Shown one piece after another: positions 28,693 through 40,358 of a stretch of 64,000 nucleotides of DNA. The notes below the pieces were generated by a model that saw only the letters and a list, made by a program, of their open reading frames with translations, had not been told where the DNA came from and did not search any database. Source of the stretch: Betaproteobacteria bacterium (GTDB lineage Bacteria > Pseudomonadota > Gammaproteobacteria > Burkholderiales > JAHFQX01); NCBI GenBank assembly GCA_023259135.1, contig JAHFQX010000008.1, forward strand, positions 3,191 through 67,190, read 5' to 3'. The position numbers and the translations under genes were made by a program. Position 1 is the stretch's first letter. Each line of letters begins with the position of its first letter.

Positions 28693-29733
28693 TCAACGGT
28701 GAGGCATGGGCTCGATCTTTGACATGCGGTAGACGTTTCTGCCCGCCGCCTTCGCTTCATACATGGCGTGGTCCGCGGATTTCAACAAGGCTTCGGCGGT
28801 CTGGGCGTGCCGTGGGTAAAGACCGATGCCGATGCTGATGGTGGGATGATGGGTGCGGTCTCCGAGGTGGTAGGGCAGCATGCAAGCCGCCAACAGCTTT
28901 TCGGCAATCTGCGACACGCTATCAAGTTCGCCGGCATTCTCCAAAATGGCGACGAATTCGTCCCCGCCGACCCGCGCCAAGGTATCGGACCGGCGCAATG
29001 CCGAGCGCAGGCGAAGGGCGACGGCCCGCAACACCTTGTCCCCCGCGTCATGTCCCCATGTGTCGTTGATCCGCTTGAACCCGTCGATGTCGATATACAT
29101 GACCGCGAACTCGGTTTGGTTACGCTGTGCCGCCGCAATGGCTTGATGCAGCCGGTCGTGCAGTAGATTACGGTTCGGTAATCCCGTCAACTTGTCGTGG
29201 AACGCCAGGTTGTATATCGTCCGCGCCAGCTTTTGGGGGCTGGTGTCTTGGAAAAAATGGACGAAGTGGGTGATGGAACCGTCTTTCTCGCGCAGCGCGT
29301 AGATGGACTCCAGCGCGTGGAATATTTCTCCGGCATGCTTCCTGATTTCGGTTTCTCCCCGCCAGGATTTGCCGAGCAGCAACTGCGGCTTGATCCGTCG
29401 CAACGTCCTGACGCCTTCCCTCGAGCGGAAGGCGCATAGGTCGAGGCCGACAACCTCCCGGCAGGCGACGCCGAGGACCGCGCTCAAGTAGGGGTTCGCG
29501 TATTGAATCCTGCCGTCGGGCGCGGTAATGGCCACGCCGATCGGAATTTCCTGAATCACGCTGGCCAGTTTTTCGGGCTCCAGGGGCGGAAACGGCCGGT
29601 CGGATTGGAGGGGACCCGCTATCGGCAACGGCCCGTCGCGGCCGACTCCCGGAACAGATTTTCCGAGCGCAGTCATGCCGTCTCCCGCGGGCGGCGGATC
29701 TTTGGCAGGCTTGTCGATACGCGAATCAGTCAT
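28693..29733 (-). CDS. PAS-domain diguanylate cyclase (GGDEF with intact I-site)
   Basis: The PAS-like region has IGVAITAPDGRIQYANP. The GGDEF domain reads RRSD-TLARV-GGDEF, that is RxxD five residues before GGDEF. The start ATG 29733 is my choice. Confidence 0.85.
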   Translation of the reverse strand: MTDSRIDKPAKDPPPAGDGMTALGKSVPGVGRDGPLPIAGPLQSDRPFPPLEPEKLASVIQEIPIGVAITAPDGRIQYANPYLSAVLGVACREVVGLDLCAFRSREGVRTLRRIKPQLLLGKSWRGETEIRKHAGEIFHALESIYALREKDGSITHFVHFFQDTSPQKLARTIYNLAFHDKLTGLPNRNLLHDRLHQAIAAAQRNQTEFAVMYIDIDGFKRINDTWGHDAGDKVLRAVALRLRSALRRSDTLARVGGDEFVAILENAGELDSVSQIAEKLLAACMLPYHLGDRTHHPTISIGIGLYPRHAQTAEALLKSADHAMYEAKAAGRNVYRMSKIEPMPHR

Positions 29734-29913
29734 TCTAGGCGCTACCGCGAGTCTGCCTGAGGGGGTCCACGCCTGAGCCGGAGCCAACGGGTTGGAGCCC
29801 GCAACAGAAGGGAAAATAAGGAAAAAACGCCGCCCCAAATGCTACTGCCAGTTATCCATAAAAGCAACCTATGGTTACCACCCCCGGCTGCGCTTGATGT
29901 TACTTTTCAAGAC

Positions 29914-30327
29914 ATGGCACTGGTCGATGAAAGAAGGCATTTCAGCAAGCGGCTTCTGGAGGCGTTGCGAAAGGCTCGGATCGATGCTTCGAGCCCCACG
30001 CGGATCGCCCGCGAATTCAACTTGCGCTACCACGGCTCGCCGGTAACGGCGCAAAGCGTCAGGAAGTGGCTGACCGCAAAATCGGTCCCCGCCCAAGACA
30101 AGATTCGGGTGCTTGCCGACTGGTTAAAGGTGTCCGCTCAATGGCTGATGTTCGGAGCCCACGATTCCGCGACGGGGCAGCAGGGCTGGGCTCTCAACCA
30201 AGAGCCCCGGGACTACGGAGTTGAGAACAGCGCCTTATCAAGGAATTTCGAGCGCCTGAACGAATCTCATAAAAAAATCGTTCTGGAGATCGTGCGCGCC
30301 CTGCTTGCCGCCGAAAACAAAAGGTAA
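29914..30327 (+). CDS. Small HTH (XRE/Cro-like) DNA-binding protein
   Basis: 137 aa from ATG 29914. FSKRLLEALRKARIDASSPTRIAREFNLRYHGSPVTAQSVRKWLTAKSVP looks like an HTH_3-type domain. The C-terminal half is unassigned. Confidence 0.55.
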   Translation: MALVDERRHFSKRLLEALRKARIDASSPTRIAREFNLRYHGSPVTAQSVRKWLTAKSVPAQDKIRVLADWLKVSAQWLMFGAHDSATGQQGWALNQEPRDYGVENSALSRNFERLNESHKKIVLEIVRALLAAENKR

Positions 30328-30432
30328 GCCCGGCCGCGGCGTGTCGGGTTGCGGCGGGGTTTCTTCCGACAGAGGGCGTTGCTAGGCATTGGCGACGGGT
30401 CTAGGGCGGTGGGCTCGGATGGGTCTTTGATT

Positions 30433-30525
30433 TGGCGGAGAGGGTGGGATTCGAACCCACGTGCCGGTATGACCCGACCATCCGATTTCGAGTCGGCGCC
30501 GTTATGACCGCTTCGGTACCTCTCC
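30433..30525 (-). tRNA. tRNA-Ser (anticodon CGA), CCA encoded
   Basis: The reverse complement reads GGAGAGGTACCGAAGCGG...CTCGAAA...GGGTTCGAATCCCACCCTCTCCGCCA, with a long variable arm. Confidence 0.85.
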
Positions 30526-30627
30526 GGAGAGGCGCCATTCTAACAGCTTGAGCGGAAATTTCGACTAACGCTGTTCCGAAACCATGTCGGCAGCGTGCTC
30601 CGGCCTAGGGCGATAGAGCTTTTGCAG

Positions 30628-31191
30628 CTAAACCGCGATGACCTCGATATCAGGTTCAATTGACCTTACGAGATTCTCGATGCTAACGAGGGTTCCGGAG
30701 AGGGAACTTGGGCAACTGCCGCAGGCGCCCTGGTAGTGCACGGTGAGTCTGTTGCCCTCGATGCCGAGCACGAAAAGGTCCCCGCCGTCGCCCTGCAGAT
30801 AGGGGCGGACTTGCTCGTCGAGTACCGCGTTGATCTTGTCTAGCCGTTGCTGATCTTCCGGACTCAGGTCGGCGCTGGGGCCCGTGGCCGCGACCGATAC
30901 GAGCTGTGCCGAGTGCGCGTCGGCCGCCGGGGCGGGGCGGATTGCCTCGGCGAGTTTGCGAAGCAGTTCCTGCCAGTCGGCGTTGCCATCCTGTGTGACC
31001 GTGAGCCAGTGGTCGATATAAAACACGTTGGTGACGTGCTCGATATCAAACAGGGCCGATGCGAGCGGATCGTTCTTCGCCTGCTCGGCATTGTCGTATG
31101 AGCGCGTTATGCCCCAGGTCAGAGGTTCCTTGAGAATGAACTTCATCGCGTTTGGGTTTGGCGTGCCTTGGATTTCAGCTATTTTCGGCAT
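30628..31191 (-). CDS. Nfu/NifU-family Fe-S carrier (Nfu_N domain plus NifU C-terminal CxxC domain)
   Basis: 187 aa from ATG 31191. Starts MPKIAEIQGTPNPNAMKFIL. The C-terminal domain has VRPYLQGDGGD...GACGSCPSS. Confidence 0.8.
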   Translation of the reverse strand: MPKIAEIQGTPNPNAMKFILKEPLTWGITRSYDNAEQAKNDPLASALFDIEHVTNVFYIDHWLTVTQDGNADWQELLRKLAEAIRPAPAADAHSAQLVSVAATGPSADLSPEDQQRLDKINAVLDEQVRPYLQGDGGDLFVLGIEGNRLTVHYQGACGSCPSSLSGTLVSIENLVRSIEPDIEVIAV

Positions 31192-31294
31192 CTTGGCTAA
31201 CCTAAAAAGCCAACCGCAGATCAACCGGGGCAAGCACGAACCCGGATCCTGCCCTTGAATGTGAATGATCTGGGTTCATCTGTGGGCAATCTGT

Positions 31295-31783
31295 TCATGC
31301 GTTGCCAATCGGCGCGTCCATCGGGTCGTCTGCGGCTTCGGTTGAGGTGCTGGCCACCGAAGTGAGTGCGGCGTGGAGCGTGTGCCACGGCAGGATGGCG
31401 CATTTGACGCGCATCGGCAGATCGCGTACGCCGGCGAATACCGTGAGCCGTCCGAGATGATGCGGCTGATGGTTAAAGTCAAGCTTGCCGGTCGCCATGT
31501 CGCGGAATTCCTGGATCAGGGTTTCGGCGTCCTGTCGAGATTTGCCCTTGACGGTCGTGGTCATCATTGATGTCGATGCCTTACAAATCGCGCACGAGTC
31601 ACCCCGGAACGCGATGCCGTCGATCCGGTCGCCGTCGAGATTGAGTTCAAGGCTGAGGTGATCGCCGCACAGTGGGTTATGCCCCTCGGCCTTGTGGCTG
31701 GCATGCTCGAGTGCGCCATAATTGCGCGGCTTCTTGTTGTGGTCGAGGATGACTTCTTGATACAGCGATTTCGAGTCCGCCAT
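31295..31783 (-). CDS. sufU: SufU-type sulfur acceptor/scaffold
   Basis: NPLCGD, GDSCAICKAS, and LPMRVKCAILPW with the SufU-type insertion. There is no LPPVK motif. The start overlaps the sufS stop. Confidence 0.8.
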   Translation of the reverse strand: MADSKSLYQEVILDHNKKPRNYGALEHASHKAEGHNPLCGDHLSLELNLDGDRIDGIAFRGDSCAICKASTSMMTTTVKGKSRQDAETLIQEFRDMATGKLDFNHQPHHLGRLTVFAGVRDLPMRVKCAILPWHTLHAALTSVASTSTEAADDPMDAPIGNA

Positions 31784-33042
31784 TATGCAAACACCTTCTG
31801 CACGGCGCGGATCCCGGCGATCAACGCGTCGACATCGGCCATGTTGTTATAGAACGCAAACGAGGCGCGGGAAGTTGCCGGCACCTTGAAGCGCCGCATC
31901 ACCGGCTGTGCGCAGTGATGCCCGGTGCGTACCGCCACGCCTTCCTGATTCAATAATGTGCCGACGTCGTGCGGATGCACGCCGTCGATCTCGAACGACA
32001 GCACCGCGGCTTTTTTCCCGGCGGTGCCGATAATGCGCAGGCCAGGCATGCGGCTTATCTGCTCGGTGGCGCAATCGAGCAGGCGGAGTTCGTGAGCGGC
32101 GATCGTGTCCATGCCGATCCCCGACAGATAATCGACTGCGGCGCCGAGCCCGATTGCCGCCGCAATCGGTGGCGTGCCGGCCTCGAATTTGTGGGGAATG
32201 GCGTTGTAAGTGGTTTTCTCGAATGTGACCGACAAAATCATGTCGCCACCGCCCTTGAACGGCTGCATGCGCTCGAGCGTTGCGGCCTTGCCGTAGAGGA
32301 TGCCGATGCCGGTCGGGCCGCACAGCTTGTGGCCCGAGAACGCATAGAAGTCGCAGTCGAGCTCCTGTACGTCGACTTTCATGTGGGGCGCGGCTTGCGC
32401 GCCGTCAACGAGCACCGGCACGCCGCGCGCATGGGCGAACTCGATCATCCGTTTGACCGGGTTGATCGTGCCGAGCGCATTGGAGACGTGCGTTACGCCG
32501 ACGAATTGGGTACGTTCGTTGAATAGCTTCTCGTATTCGCCGATTATGAGTTCGCCGGCGTCGTTGATCGGGGTCACGCGGATTTTCGCACCTCGCTCTT
32601 CCGCCAGCATCTGCCACGGCACAATATTCGAATGATGCTCCAGCGTGGTCAGGACGATTTCGTCCCCGGCGCCGATAAACTTGCGACCGTAGCCGTGCAT
32701 GACCAGGTTGATGGCATCGGTGGTGCCGCTGGTGAAAATGACCTCGCGCTCTTCACGGGCGTTGATGAAGCGCTGTAATTTGCGGCGCGCCTCTTCGTAT
32801 TCGAAAGTCGCCGTTTCCGACAGGGTATGCACTCCCCGGTGTATGTTGGCGTGCTGCGTGGTTTGATAACGCACCAGGCGGTCGATCACCGGCTGCGGCA
32901 TCTGGCTCGACGCCGCGTTGTCGAGATAGACGAGTGGCTTGCCGTCGAGCTTGAGCCGAAGGATGGGGAAGTCGGCACGGACACGCTCGACGTCGAACGC
33001 GGACGCGGTTTGGGTTTTGAGTGTGGCTGAAGTGGCGGTCAT
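31783..33042 (-). CDS. sufS: Class II cysteine desulfurase SufS
   Basis: 419 aa from ATG 33042. Motifs LVYLDNAASSQMP, FSGHKLCGPTGIG (PLP lysine), RTGHHCAQP (active-site Cys loop). Confidence 0.9.
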   Translation of the reverse strand: MTATSATLKTQTASAFDVERVRADFPILRLKLDGKPLVYLDNAASSQMPQPVIDRLVRYQTTQHANIHRGVHTLSETATFEYEEARRKLQRFINAREEREVIFTSGTTDAINLVMHGYGRKFIGAGDEIVLTTLEHHSNIVPWQMLAEERGAKIRVTPINDAGELIIGEYEKLFNERTQFVGVTHVSNALGTINPVKRMIEFAHARGVPVLVDGAQAAPHMKVDVQELDCDFYAFSGHKLCGPTGIGILYGKAATLERMQPFKGGGDMILSVTFEKTTYNAIPHKFEAGTPPIAAAIGLGAAVDYLSGIGMDTIAAHELRLLDCATEQISRMPGLRIIGTAGKKAAVLSFEIDGVHPHDVGTLLNQEGVAVRTGHHCAQPVMRRFKVPATSRASFAFYNNMADVDALIAGIRAVQKVFA

Positions 33043-33046
33043 GGCT

Positions 33047-34339
33047 TTAGCGATGGGTTTGGGCCAGCACGATCTGTTCAAGGCGCTGCCTGAGCGTGGC
33101 GACCGGGATACGGTCGATGATCTCGGCGCCAAACGCATAAGTCAGCAGATTGCGCGCGGCTGCGTCGGACAGCCCGCGACTTCTCAGATAAAACACCTCC
33201 TCGTCGTCGAGCTGGCCGACGGTCGCGCCGTGGGCGCACTTGACGTCGTCGGCAAAGATTTCGAGCTGCGGCTTGGTATCGATGCGCGCCTTCCCGGTCA
33301 GCAGCAGATTACGGCTCGATTGCGATGAGTCGGTGCGTTGTGCGCCGGGGCGCACCATGATCTTGCCGTTGAACACGGCATGCGCGGCGCCATCAACGAT
33401 GCACTTGTGCGATTGCCGGCTTACGCCATGCGGCTGGGCATGGTCGACGAGGCTGTGGGTATCGGCAAGTTGGTGGCCGGTAATGAGCGCGAGGCCGTCG
33501 ATCACGCATTCCGCGCCCTTTGACGCTTGCAGCACATTCAGGTTGTGGCGCGAAATACGCGCGCCAAGCGCGATGCTGACCGCTTGGTAGCGGCTTGCGC
33601 AGGCGAGGGATACGGCGCAGTTTGCGATATGAAATGCGGCGCTGCTGTCACGCTGCACGCGCACATGCCTGACGCTGGCGCTGTCGGCAAGCGCAATCTC
33701 GCTCACCGCATTGGTGAAATATGCTGCGTCTTGCAATGCCACGAAATCCTCGACGACCGTCACCGTGCTGCCTGACTCGGCAACCACCAGGCAGCGCGGG
33801 TAGCTGACCGCTTCCGGCTGCGTGGCGATGAACAGCAGATGCACCGGTGCAGCAACGGATACGCTGCACGGCACGACGATTAACGCGCCATCGCGCAAGA
33901 ATGCGGTGTTGAGCGCGGCGAATATGTTGTCTCCGAACCCGGCGTGACGGCCGAGATGCGGCTCTATCGCTGTCCCATGCCTACTGCTTCCCGCAGCCAG
34001 ATTCTCGACCACGATACCGGCTTCGTTGTAGGAGAGATGCGGGGCGTAAACGCCGTCGACAAACACGAGCCGCGCGCCCGCCTCGGGCAGCGCCAAGCCG
34101 GCTATTTCCCCGGCATCGAGCGGCGATGGGCTGCTCACCGGATGAAACGGCATCTTGGTCAGCGGCGAAATATCGGTAAACCGCCAGTCTTCGTCGCGCG
34201 TGCTGGGAACGGTAAGCGCGCCGGCGCGATCGACCGCCTCGGCGCGCAGCCGGTTCAGCCATGCGAGGGGACTGGCGGGAAGCGCCGGTTGCCCACGCAG
34301 CAGGCTTTCAAGGGTGCCATTACTGGTCGCGGTGTTCAT
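33047..34339 (-). CDS. sufD: Fe-S cluster assembly protein SufD
   Basis: 430 aa with a beta-helix repeat pattern. The C-terminal region [25 protein letters not shown] is typical of SufD/SufB. Confidence 0.85.
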   Translation of the reverse strand: MNTATSNGTLESLLRGQPALPASPLAWLNRLRAEAVDRAGALTVPSTRDEDWRFTDISPLTKMPFHPVSSPSPLDAGEIAGLALPEAGARLVFVDGVYAPHLSYNEAGIVVENLAAGSSRHGTAIEPHLGRHAGFGDNIFAALNTAFLRDGALIVVPCSVSVAAPVHLLFIATQPEAVSYPRCLVVAESGSTVTVVEDFVALQDAAYFTNAVSEIALADSASVRHVRVQRDSSAAFHIANCAVSLACASRYQAVSIALGARISRHNLNVLQASKGAECVIDGLALITGHQLADTHSLVDHAQPHGVSRQSHKCIVDGAAHAVFNGKIMVRPGAQRTDSSQSSRNLLLTGKARIDTKPQLEIFADDVKCAHGATVGQLDDEEVFYLRSRGLSDAAARNLLTYAFGAEIIDRIPVATLRQRLEQIVLAQTHR

Positions 34340-35129
34340 GCTGTTGCGCGGGTTGCCGTCTGCTTATATTCCGCGCTGACCCAATCGTAGCCGCGGGTTT
34401 CAAGCTCCAGGGCGAGTTCCTTGCCGCCGGTCCTGATAATGCGGCCTGCATCCATCACATGCACGTAATCGGGCGTGATGTAGTTGAGCAGGCGCTGGTA
34501 ATGCGTGATCAGCACGATAGCATTATCCTTGGAGGCAAGCCGGTTGACGCCACTGGCGACGATCCGCAGCGCGTCGATATCGAGGCCGGAGTCGGTTTCG
34601 TCGAGAATGCCGATCTTGGGCTCGAGCAAGGCCATCTGTAAAATCTCGTTGCGTTTCTTCTCGCCGCCGGAGAAGCCCTCATTGACGCTGCGGTCAAGAA
34701 AATCCGGATTCATTTCGAGCAGCTTCATTTTCTCGCGCACGAAGTCGTCGAATTCCAGTGGATCCAGTTCGTCCTTGCCGCGCTCCGTTTGCACCGTGTT
34801 GTAGGCCAGCCGCAGAAACTGGCTGTTGGCCACGCCGGGTATCTCGATCGGATACTGAAAGCCGAGAAAAACCCCTAACCGGGCACGTGCTTCCGGTGCA
34901 AGTTCAAGCAGGTTCCTGCCTTCGAAAAAAACCGTGCCGTCGGTCACTTGATATGCGGGATGGCCGGCGAGCACCTTGGCGAACGTGCTCTTGCCCGAGC
35001 CGTTCGGTCCCATGATCGCGTGTATCTCGCCGCTGCTGACCGCAAGGTCGATACCTTTGAGGATTTCGATGCCGTTAACGGTGGCGCGCAGCCCGCGCAC
35101 TTCGAGCAGCACTTTGCTGTCCTGGTCAA

Positions 35130-35133
<4 letters not shown>
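34336..35133 (-). CDS. sufC: Fe-S cluster assembly ATPase SufC
   Basis: Walker [10 protein letters not shown], signature FSGGEKKR, Walker [11 protein letters not shown]. Overlaps the sufD start and the sufB stop by 4 nt each. Confidence 0.95.
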
Positions 35134-36566
<1,433 letters not shown>

Positions 36567-36671
36567 CGCAATCTCCAACGGGGATTCTTTAAATCGCGAA
36601 GGTCGCCAAGGAAAATCAAAAACGCCAAAAACTTCTTGATAAAAGCCAGGTGCGCTGCGATTCTCGGCGGC

Positions 36672-37013
36672 TCAAGATTCCGCTGTTGCCTTCAGGCTGA
36701 AACTTTCGCCGCAGCCGCACGTGCTGTCGACGTTTGGATTCTCGAATTTGAATGTTTGCTTGAGCCCTTCCTTGACGAAATCGAGTCGTGAGCCGTCGAG
36801 GAACGCGAGACTTTCGGCGTCGATTACCACCTGGGCATCATGGGATTCGAACAGCCGATCGCCATCCCGTACTTCGTCGGCGTAGTCGAACGTGTAGGCA
36901 AAACCCGAACAGCCGACCTTTTTCACGCCGATGCGCAAGCCCAGGCCCTTGCCGTGTTTCGCGAGTTGGCTCCGAATTTGCTGGGCCGCCCTTTCGGTCA
37001 ATGTAATCGCCAT
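36672..37013 (-). CDS. sufA: A-type Fe-S carrier (SufA/IscA/HesB family)
   Basis: 113 aa. Motifs GCSGF and the C-terminal CGCGESF. Confidence 0.85.
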   Translation of the reverse strand: MAITLTERAAQQIRSQLAKHGKGLGLRIGVKKVGCSGFAYTFDYADEVRDGDRLFESHDAQVVIDAESLAFLDGSRLDFVKEGLKQTFKFENPNVDSTCGCGESFSLKATAES

Positions 37014-37096
37014 GGTTAAAATCCTAAAATAGGTTGACCGCGGATCAACGCGGGCAGAAACGACTAGGTATTCTCGACCTTGCCATGTTCATCCAA

Positions 37097-38236
37097 TCAG
37101 ACAGCGACGGCCATCAAATGCTTCAGCCGGTTGACCACGCCGTGCAACGCCGGCAGAAAAGACTCGACGTCGGCAACGGTGTTGTCCTTGCCGAAGCTGA
37201 CGCGCACCGCTCCACGGGCCAACTCTTCCGCGACCCCCATGGCCAGCAGGGTGGCGCTGGGCGCTCCGCTCATGGCCGAGCAGGCGGCGCCGCTGGCTAC
37301 CCCGAAGCCGACGTGGTCCAATTCGACCACCAGAGTTTCGCCATCCAGCCCGGCGAAAGCAAAATAACTGGTATTCGGAATGCGGGGCGCTTCGGCGCCG
37401 AATAGTACCGCTCCCATGTTCTTCAGGCCGATCTCCAGGCGCTCCCGTAATGCTTCAGTTTGCCGGGCCAAGGCGCTCTGGCGAGCCACCGCCAGTTCAC
37501 AGGCGGCGCCGAAGCCGACAATGGCCGGGACGTTTTCGGTGCCCGCCCGCAAGCCGTGTTCCTGGGCGCCACCGTGGACCAGGGGATGCGGCGCGATTCG
37601 TTTGTCCACGATCAGGGCTCCGGCGCCCTTGGGGCCATAAATTTTGTGGCTCGACAGGGTCAGGGCATGCACCCCCAGAGCGTGGAAATCCACCGACATC
37701 TTGCCGAGGGCTTGAACCGCGTCGGTGTGCATCCATGCGCCATGCGCACGAGCCCGGGCCGAGGCTTCGGCGACCGGTTGAATCACGCCGGTTTCGTTGT
37801 TCGCCAGCATGACCGAGACCAGCCCGGTTGGTTGCCGCAAGGCGGTATCCAGGTCGGCCAGGTCGATTTGGCCCGCCGAATTGACCTGGATTTTGCGCAA
37901 GGCCCAGCCCCCTCGGGCTACATCTTGGGCGGGCCTCATGACGCACGGGTGTTCGATGGCGCTCACCGCGAGTTGCGCCGGTTGGCGCATTGCCGCCATG
38001 CCTTTGATGAACAGATTGTTGGCCTCGCTCCCGCTGCTGGTAAACACCACCTGGGCCGGTTGCGCTCCCACGGCCGCGGCCACCTGCTCGCGGGCCCGGT
38101 CCACGGCTTTGCGCGCGGCGGTGCCTTTCTCGTGGCGGCTGGAAGGATTGCCGAACTGCTCCCGCAAATAGGGGAGCATGGCTTCCAGCGCCAGAGGGTC
38201 TAGCGGAGTGGTGGCATTGCAGTCCAGGTAAATCAT
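37097..38236 (-). CDS. Class I (NifS/IscS-like) cysteine desulfurase
   Basis: MIYLDCNATTPLDP, SSGSEANN, SSHKIYGPKG (PLP lysine), SGAACS (active-site Cys). ATG 38236 is preferred over TTG 38254. Composition resembles the high-GC flanks. Confidence 0.85.
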   Translation of the reverse strand: MIYLDCNATTPLDPLALEAMLPYLREQFGNPSSRHEKGTAARKAVDRAREQVAAAVGAQPAQVVFTSSGSEANNLFIKGMAAMRQPAQLAVSAIEHPCVMRPAQDVARGGWALRKIQVNSAGQIDLADLDTALRQPTGLVSVMLANNETGVIQPVAEASARARAHGAWMHTDAVQALGKMSVDFHALGVHALTLSSHKIYGPKGAGALIVDKRIAPHPLVHGGAQEHGLRAGTENVPAIVGFGAACELAVARQSALARQTEALRERLEIGLKNMGAVLFGAEAPRIPNTSYFAFAGLDGETLVVELDHVGFGVASGAACSAMSGAPSATLLAMGVAEELARGAVRVSFGKDNTVADVESFLPALHGVVNRLKHLMAVAV

Positions 38237-38256
38237 AGCAGGCGATAGAATCAAGG

Positions 38257-38733
38257 TTATGCGGTGACCGTATTATTGCGTTTCACCGCAACAGCGGCGT
38301 GTTGGCGGCCGAGGATATTTCGCGCCTTGGCTCGCTGGTTTTCCACCATCTCGGCCAAGCTTACTGATTCCAGGTAACCGAAAATCCGCTCGTTTAGCGC
38401 CGACCATAAATCATGGGTCAGGCATTCGCGCAGCTCCAGGCAGTTTTTTTTGCCAGCGCACTGGGTGGCGTCGATAGGTTCGTCCACGGCCAGGATAATG
38501 TCCGCCATGGTGACTTCCCCGATGTTCCTGGCCAAGCGATAGCCACCGCCGGGTCCCCGGATGCTGTTCACCAACCCCCGTCGCCGGAGCTTGCCGAACA
38601 ATTGCTCAAGATAGGAGAGGGAAATTTTCTGCCGGGCGCTGATATCCGCCAAGGTCACCGGCCCATTGCCGTGACGCATCGCCAAATCCACCATCGCGGT
38701 GACCGCGAACCGCCCTTTTGTCGTCAATCGCAT
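38257..38733 (-). CDS. iscR: Rrf2-family Fe-S regulator IscR
   Basis: [18 protein letters not shown]..., w[22 protein letters not shown]. Cluster ligands are spaced C-x5-C-x5-C-x2-H ([16 protein letters not shown]). Confidence 0.9.
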   Translation of the reverse strand: MRLTTKGRFAVTAMVDLAMRHGNGPVTLADISARQKISLSYLEQLFGKLRRRGLVNSIRGPGGGYRLARNIGEVTMADIILAVDEPIDATQCAGKKNCLELRECLTHDLWSALNERIFGYLESVSLAEMVENQRAKARNILGRQHAAVAVKRNNTVTA

Positions 38734-38760
38734 CTGTCGCCCCCGTTACGGTAAAGGCTA

Positions 38761-38816
38761 ATACCCGAGTTTTATGCTCGGCTACTATAAAATACCCGAA
38801 TAAATTAGTCAACAAT
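38761..38816 (-). promoter_or_regulatory. iscR promoter with two tandem type-1-like IscR boxes
   Basis: On the minus strand: TTGACT (38812-38807), 17-nt spacer, TATAGT (38789-38784). The boxes are ATACCCGAGTTTTATGCTCGGCTAC (38761-38785) and ATACCCGAATAAATTAGTCAACAAT (38792-38816). Both resemble the recalled consensus ATASYYGACTRWWWYAGTCRRSTAT. The second box overlaps the cysE stop codon. Confidence 0.55.
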
Positions 38817-39548
38817 TTTATTGAGGTAGGCCGGATCAAATTCATCCGGCGGTTCAACGGGTTCCGGGGGTTTCATGCCTAGCCGCTCCAGATGCTCGGT
38901 GATCGCGGCGAGCCGCCGATCCATGCTGGCGGTATGGTTCAGCAGGGCATGGATGGCTTGGGTCACCGGATCGCTCATGTCCCCGCTCAAGGCGTAGGCC
39001 GCGAAGGCGCTGGGATCGGCCACCGCCGTCCGCCGGCTGTTATCCAGCACTCGGGCAGGGATTCCCGCCACCGTCGCTCCCGGCGGGACATCCTTGACTA
39101 CCACCGCATTGGAGCCCACCTTGGCCCCATCTCCGACGATGACCGGGCCCAGCACCTTGGCCCCCGCGCCGATCACCACGCCGCGGCCCAAGGTGGGATG
39201 GCGCTTGCCCTTGCTCCAGGAAGTCCCCCCCAGGGTGACGCCGTGATACAAGGTGCAATCGTCGCCGATCTCCGCGGTCTGGCCGATGACTACCCCCATG
39301 CCGTGATCGATAAAGAACCGTCGGCCGATTTTGGCTCCGGGATGGATTTCGATGCCGGTCAGAAACCGGGCGCAATGGGATAAAAAGCGGGCGAGCCACT
39401 TAAACCCCCAGTCCCACAGCCGGCTGGACAGGCGATGGAAAAGCATCGCATGAAAGCCGGGATAGCAGGTCACCACTTCCCATACGGAGCGGGCCGCCGG
39501 ATCCCGGCCGAAAACCACGGTGATCTCTTCTCGAAGCTTGCCGAACAT
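38805..39548 (-). CDS. cysE: Serine O-acetyltransferase
   Basis: 247 aa. SATase N-terminal domain ([25 protein letters not shown]) followed by left-handed beta-helix hexapeptide repeats. Confidence 0.9.
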   Translation of the reverse strand: MFGKLREEITVVFGRDPAARSVWEVVTCYPGFHAMLFHRLSSRLWDWGFKWLARFLSHCARFLTGIEIHPGAKIGRRFFIDHGMGVVIGQTAEIGDDCTLYHGVTLGGTSWSKGKRHPTLGRGVVIGAGAKVLGPVIVGDGAKVGSNAVVVKDVPPGATVAGIPARVLDNSRRTAVADPSAFAAYALSGDMSDPVTQAIHALLNHTASMDRRLAAITEHLERLGMKPPEPVEPPDEFDPAYLNKIVD

Positions 39549-39600
39549 GGAAATCCCTATCGGTTTAGGCCCTGCGGCGCAGAAAAACCCAGTAATTTTA

Positions 39601-40320
39601 TCAAGTATCGTCCACGGCGTTGAGTATTCCCCGCAAAATCGCCACTTCTTCCTTTTCCAGCCGGGCCCGGGCGAACAGCCGTCGCAGCCGTCGCATCAGC
39701 CGCTTGGGTTGTGCCGGGTCCAGGAAGCCGCTGCTGATCATGACCGCTTCCAGGTGGCGGAAGAACAATTCCACGTCCTCGGCGACGGCGGGCGGCGGCC
39801 GATCCTGGGCCGGGGGCAAAATTTCCTCGGCCAGCCGTGCTTCATAGGCGGCGATCTGCACCGCCGCGGCCAGATTGAGGGAGGGATAGGCGGGATTAGC
39901 CGGGATGAAGGCGGTGATCCGGCACAGGGAGAGTTCCGCGGCGCTAAGGCCGCTGGCTTCCGTGCCGAATACCAGCGCCACATCGCCGCAGGCGCTTTCC
40001 GTCAGCAACTGCCGGGCGGCTTCCCGCACGGTGCAGCGCGGATGGGCCAGATCCCGGGGCCGGGTGGTGAAGGCCGCGGCAGCCACGGTTCCGGCGAGGG
40101 CTTGCTCCAAGGACGAGTAAAGCACCGCCCGCTCCAGCACGTCCCGGGCCCCGGAAGCCCGGGCATCGGCCTGTGGGTGGGGGAAAGCGCGGGGCTCGAC
40201 CAGAACCAGCCGCTCCAATCCCATGGTCTTCATGGCCCGAGCCGCCGCGCCGATGTTGCCCGGATGGCTCGGGCGGCTGAGCACCACCCGGATTCGTGAG
40301 AGCGCGGGAATCAAGTTCAT
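39601..40320 (-). CDS. trmJ: SpoU-class tRNA 2'-O-methyltransferase TrmJ
   Basis: [25 protein letters not shown] and [11 protein letters not shown]. Conserved position between cysE/iscR and the divergent suhB. Confidence 0.8.
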   Translation of the reverse strand: MNLIPALSRIRVVLSRPSHPGNIGAAARAMKTMGLERLVLVEPRAFPHPQADARASGARDVLERAVLYSSLEQALAGTVAAAAFTTRPRDLAHPRCTVREAARQLLTESACGDVALVFGTEASGLSAAELSLCRITAFIPANPAYPSLNLAAAVQIAAYEARLAEEILPPAQDRPPPAVAEDVELFFRHLEAVMISSGFLDPAQPKRLMRRLRRLFARARLEKEEVAILRGILNAVDDT

Positions 40321-40358
40321 ATTACAATGCCAAGCTTTTTACGATTGCTGGAGCGGCC

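Noticed and set aside
10055-30525. Two tRNA-Ser genes (UGA, + strand; CGA, - strand) bracket about 20 kb that includes the metal-efflux cluster. I considered a tRNA-bounded genomic island.
   Set aside because: The interval also holds core genes (hemCDXY, ppc). There is no integrase or transposase. I found no direct repeat of a tRNA 3' end. My spot GC counts in the efflux genes (33-44 of 60 per line) were not distinct from the surroundings.
36567-37096. The AT-richer gaps sufA-sufB (105 nt) and iscS-like-sufA (83 nt), considered as possible internal promoters or IscR type-2 sites. A near-palindrome GTTGATCCGCGGTCAAC lies at about 37041-37057.
   Set aside because: I could not match the type-2 IscR motif or a convincing -35/-10 pair by eye. 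I left these unannotated and mention them only as the likely junction of the two operon modules.
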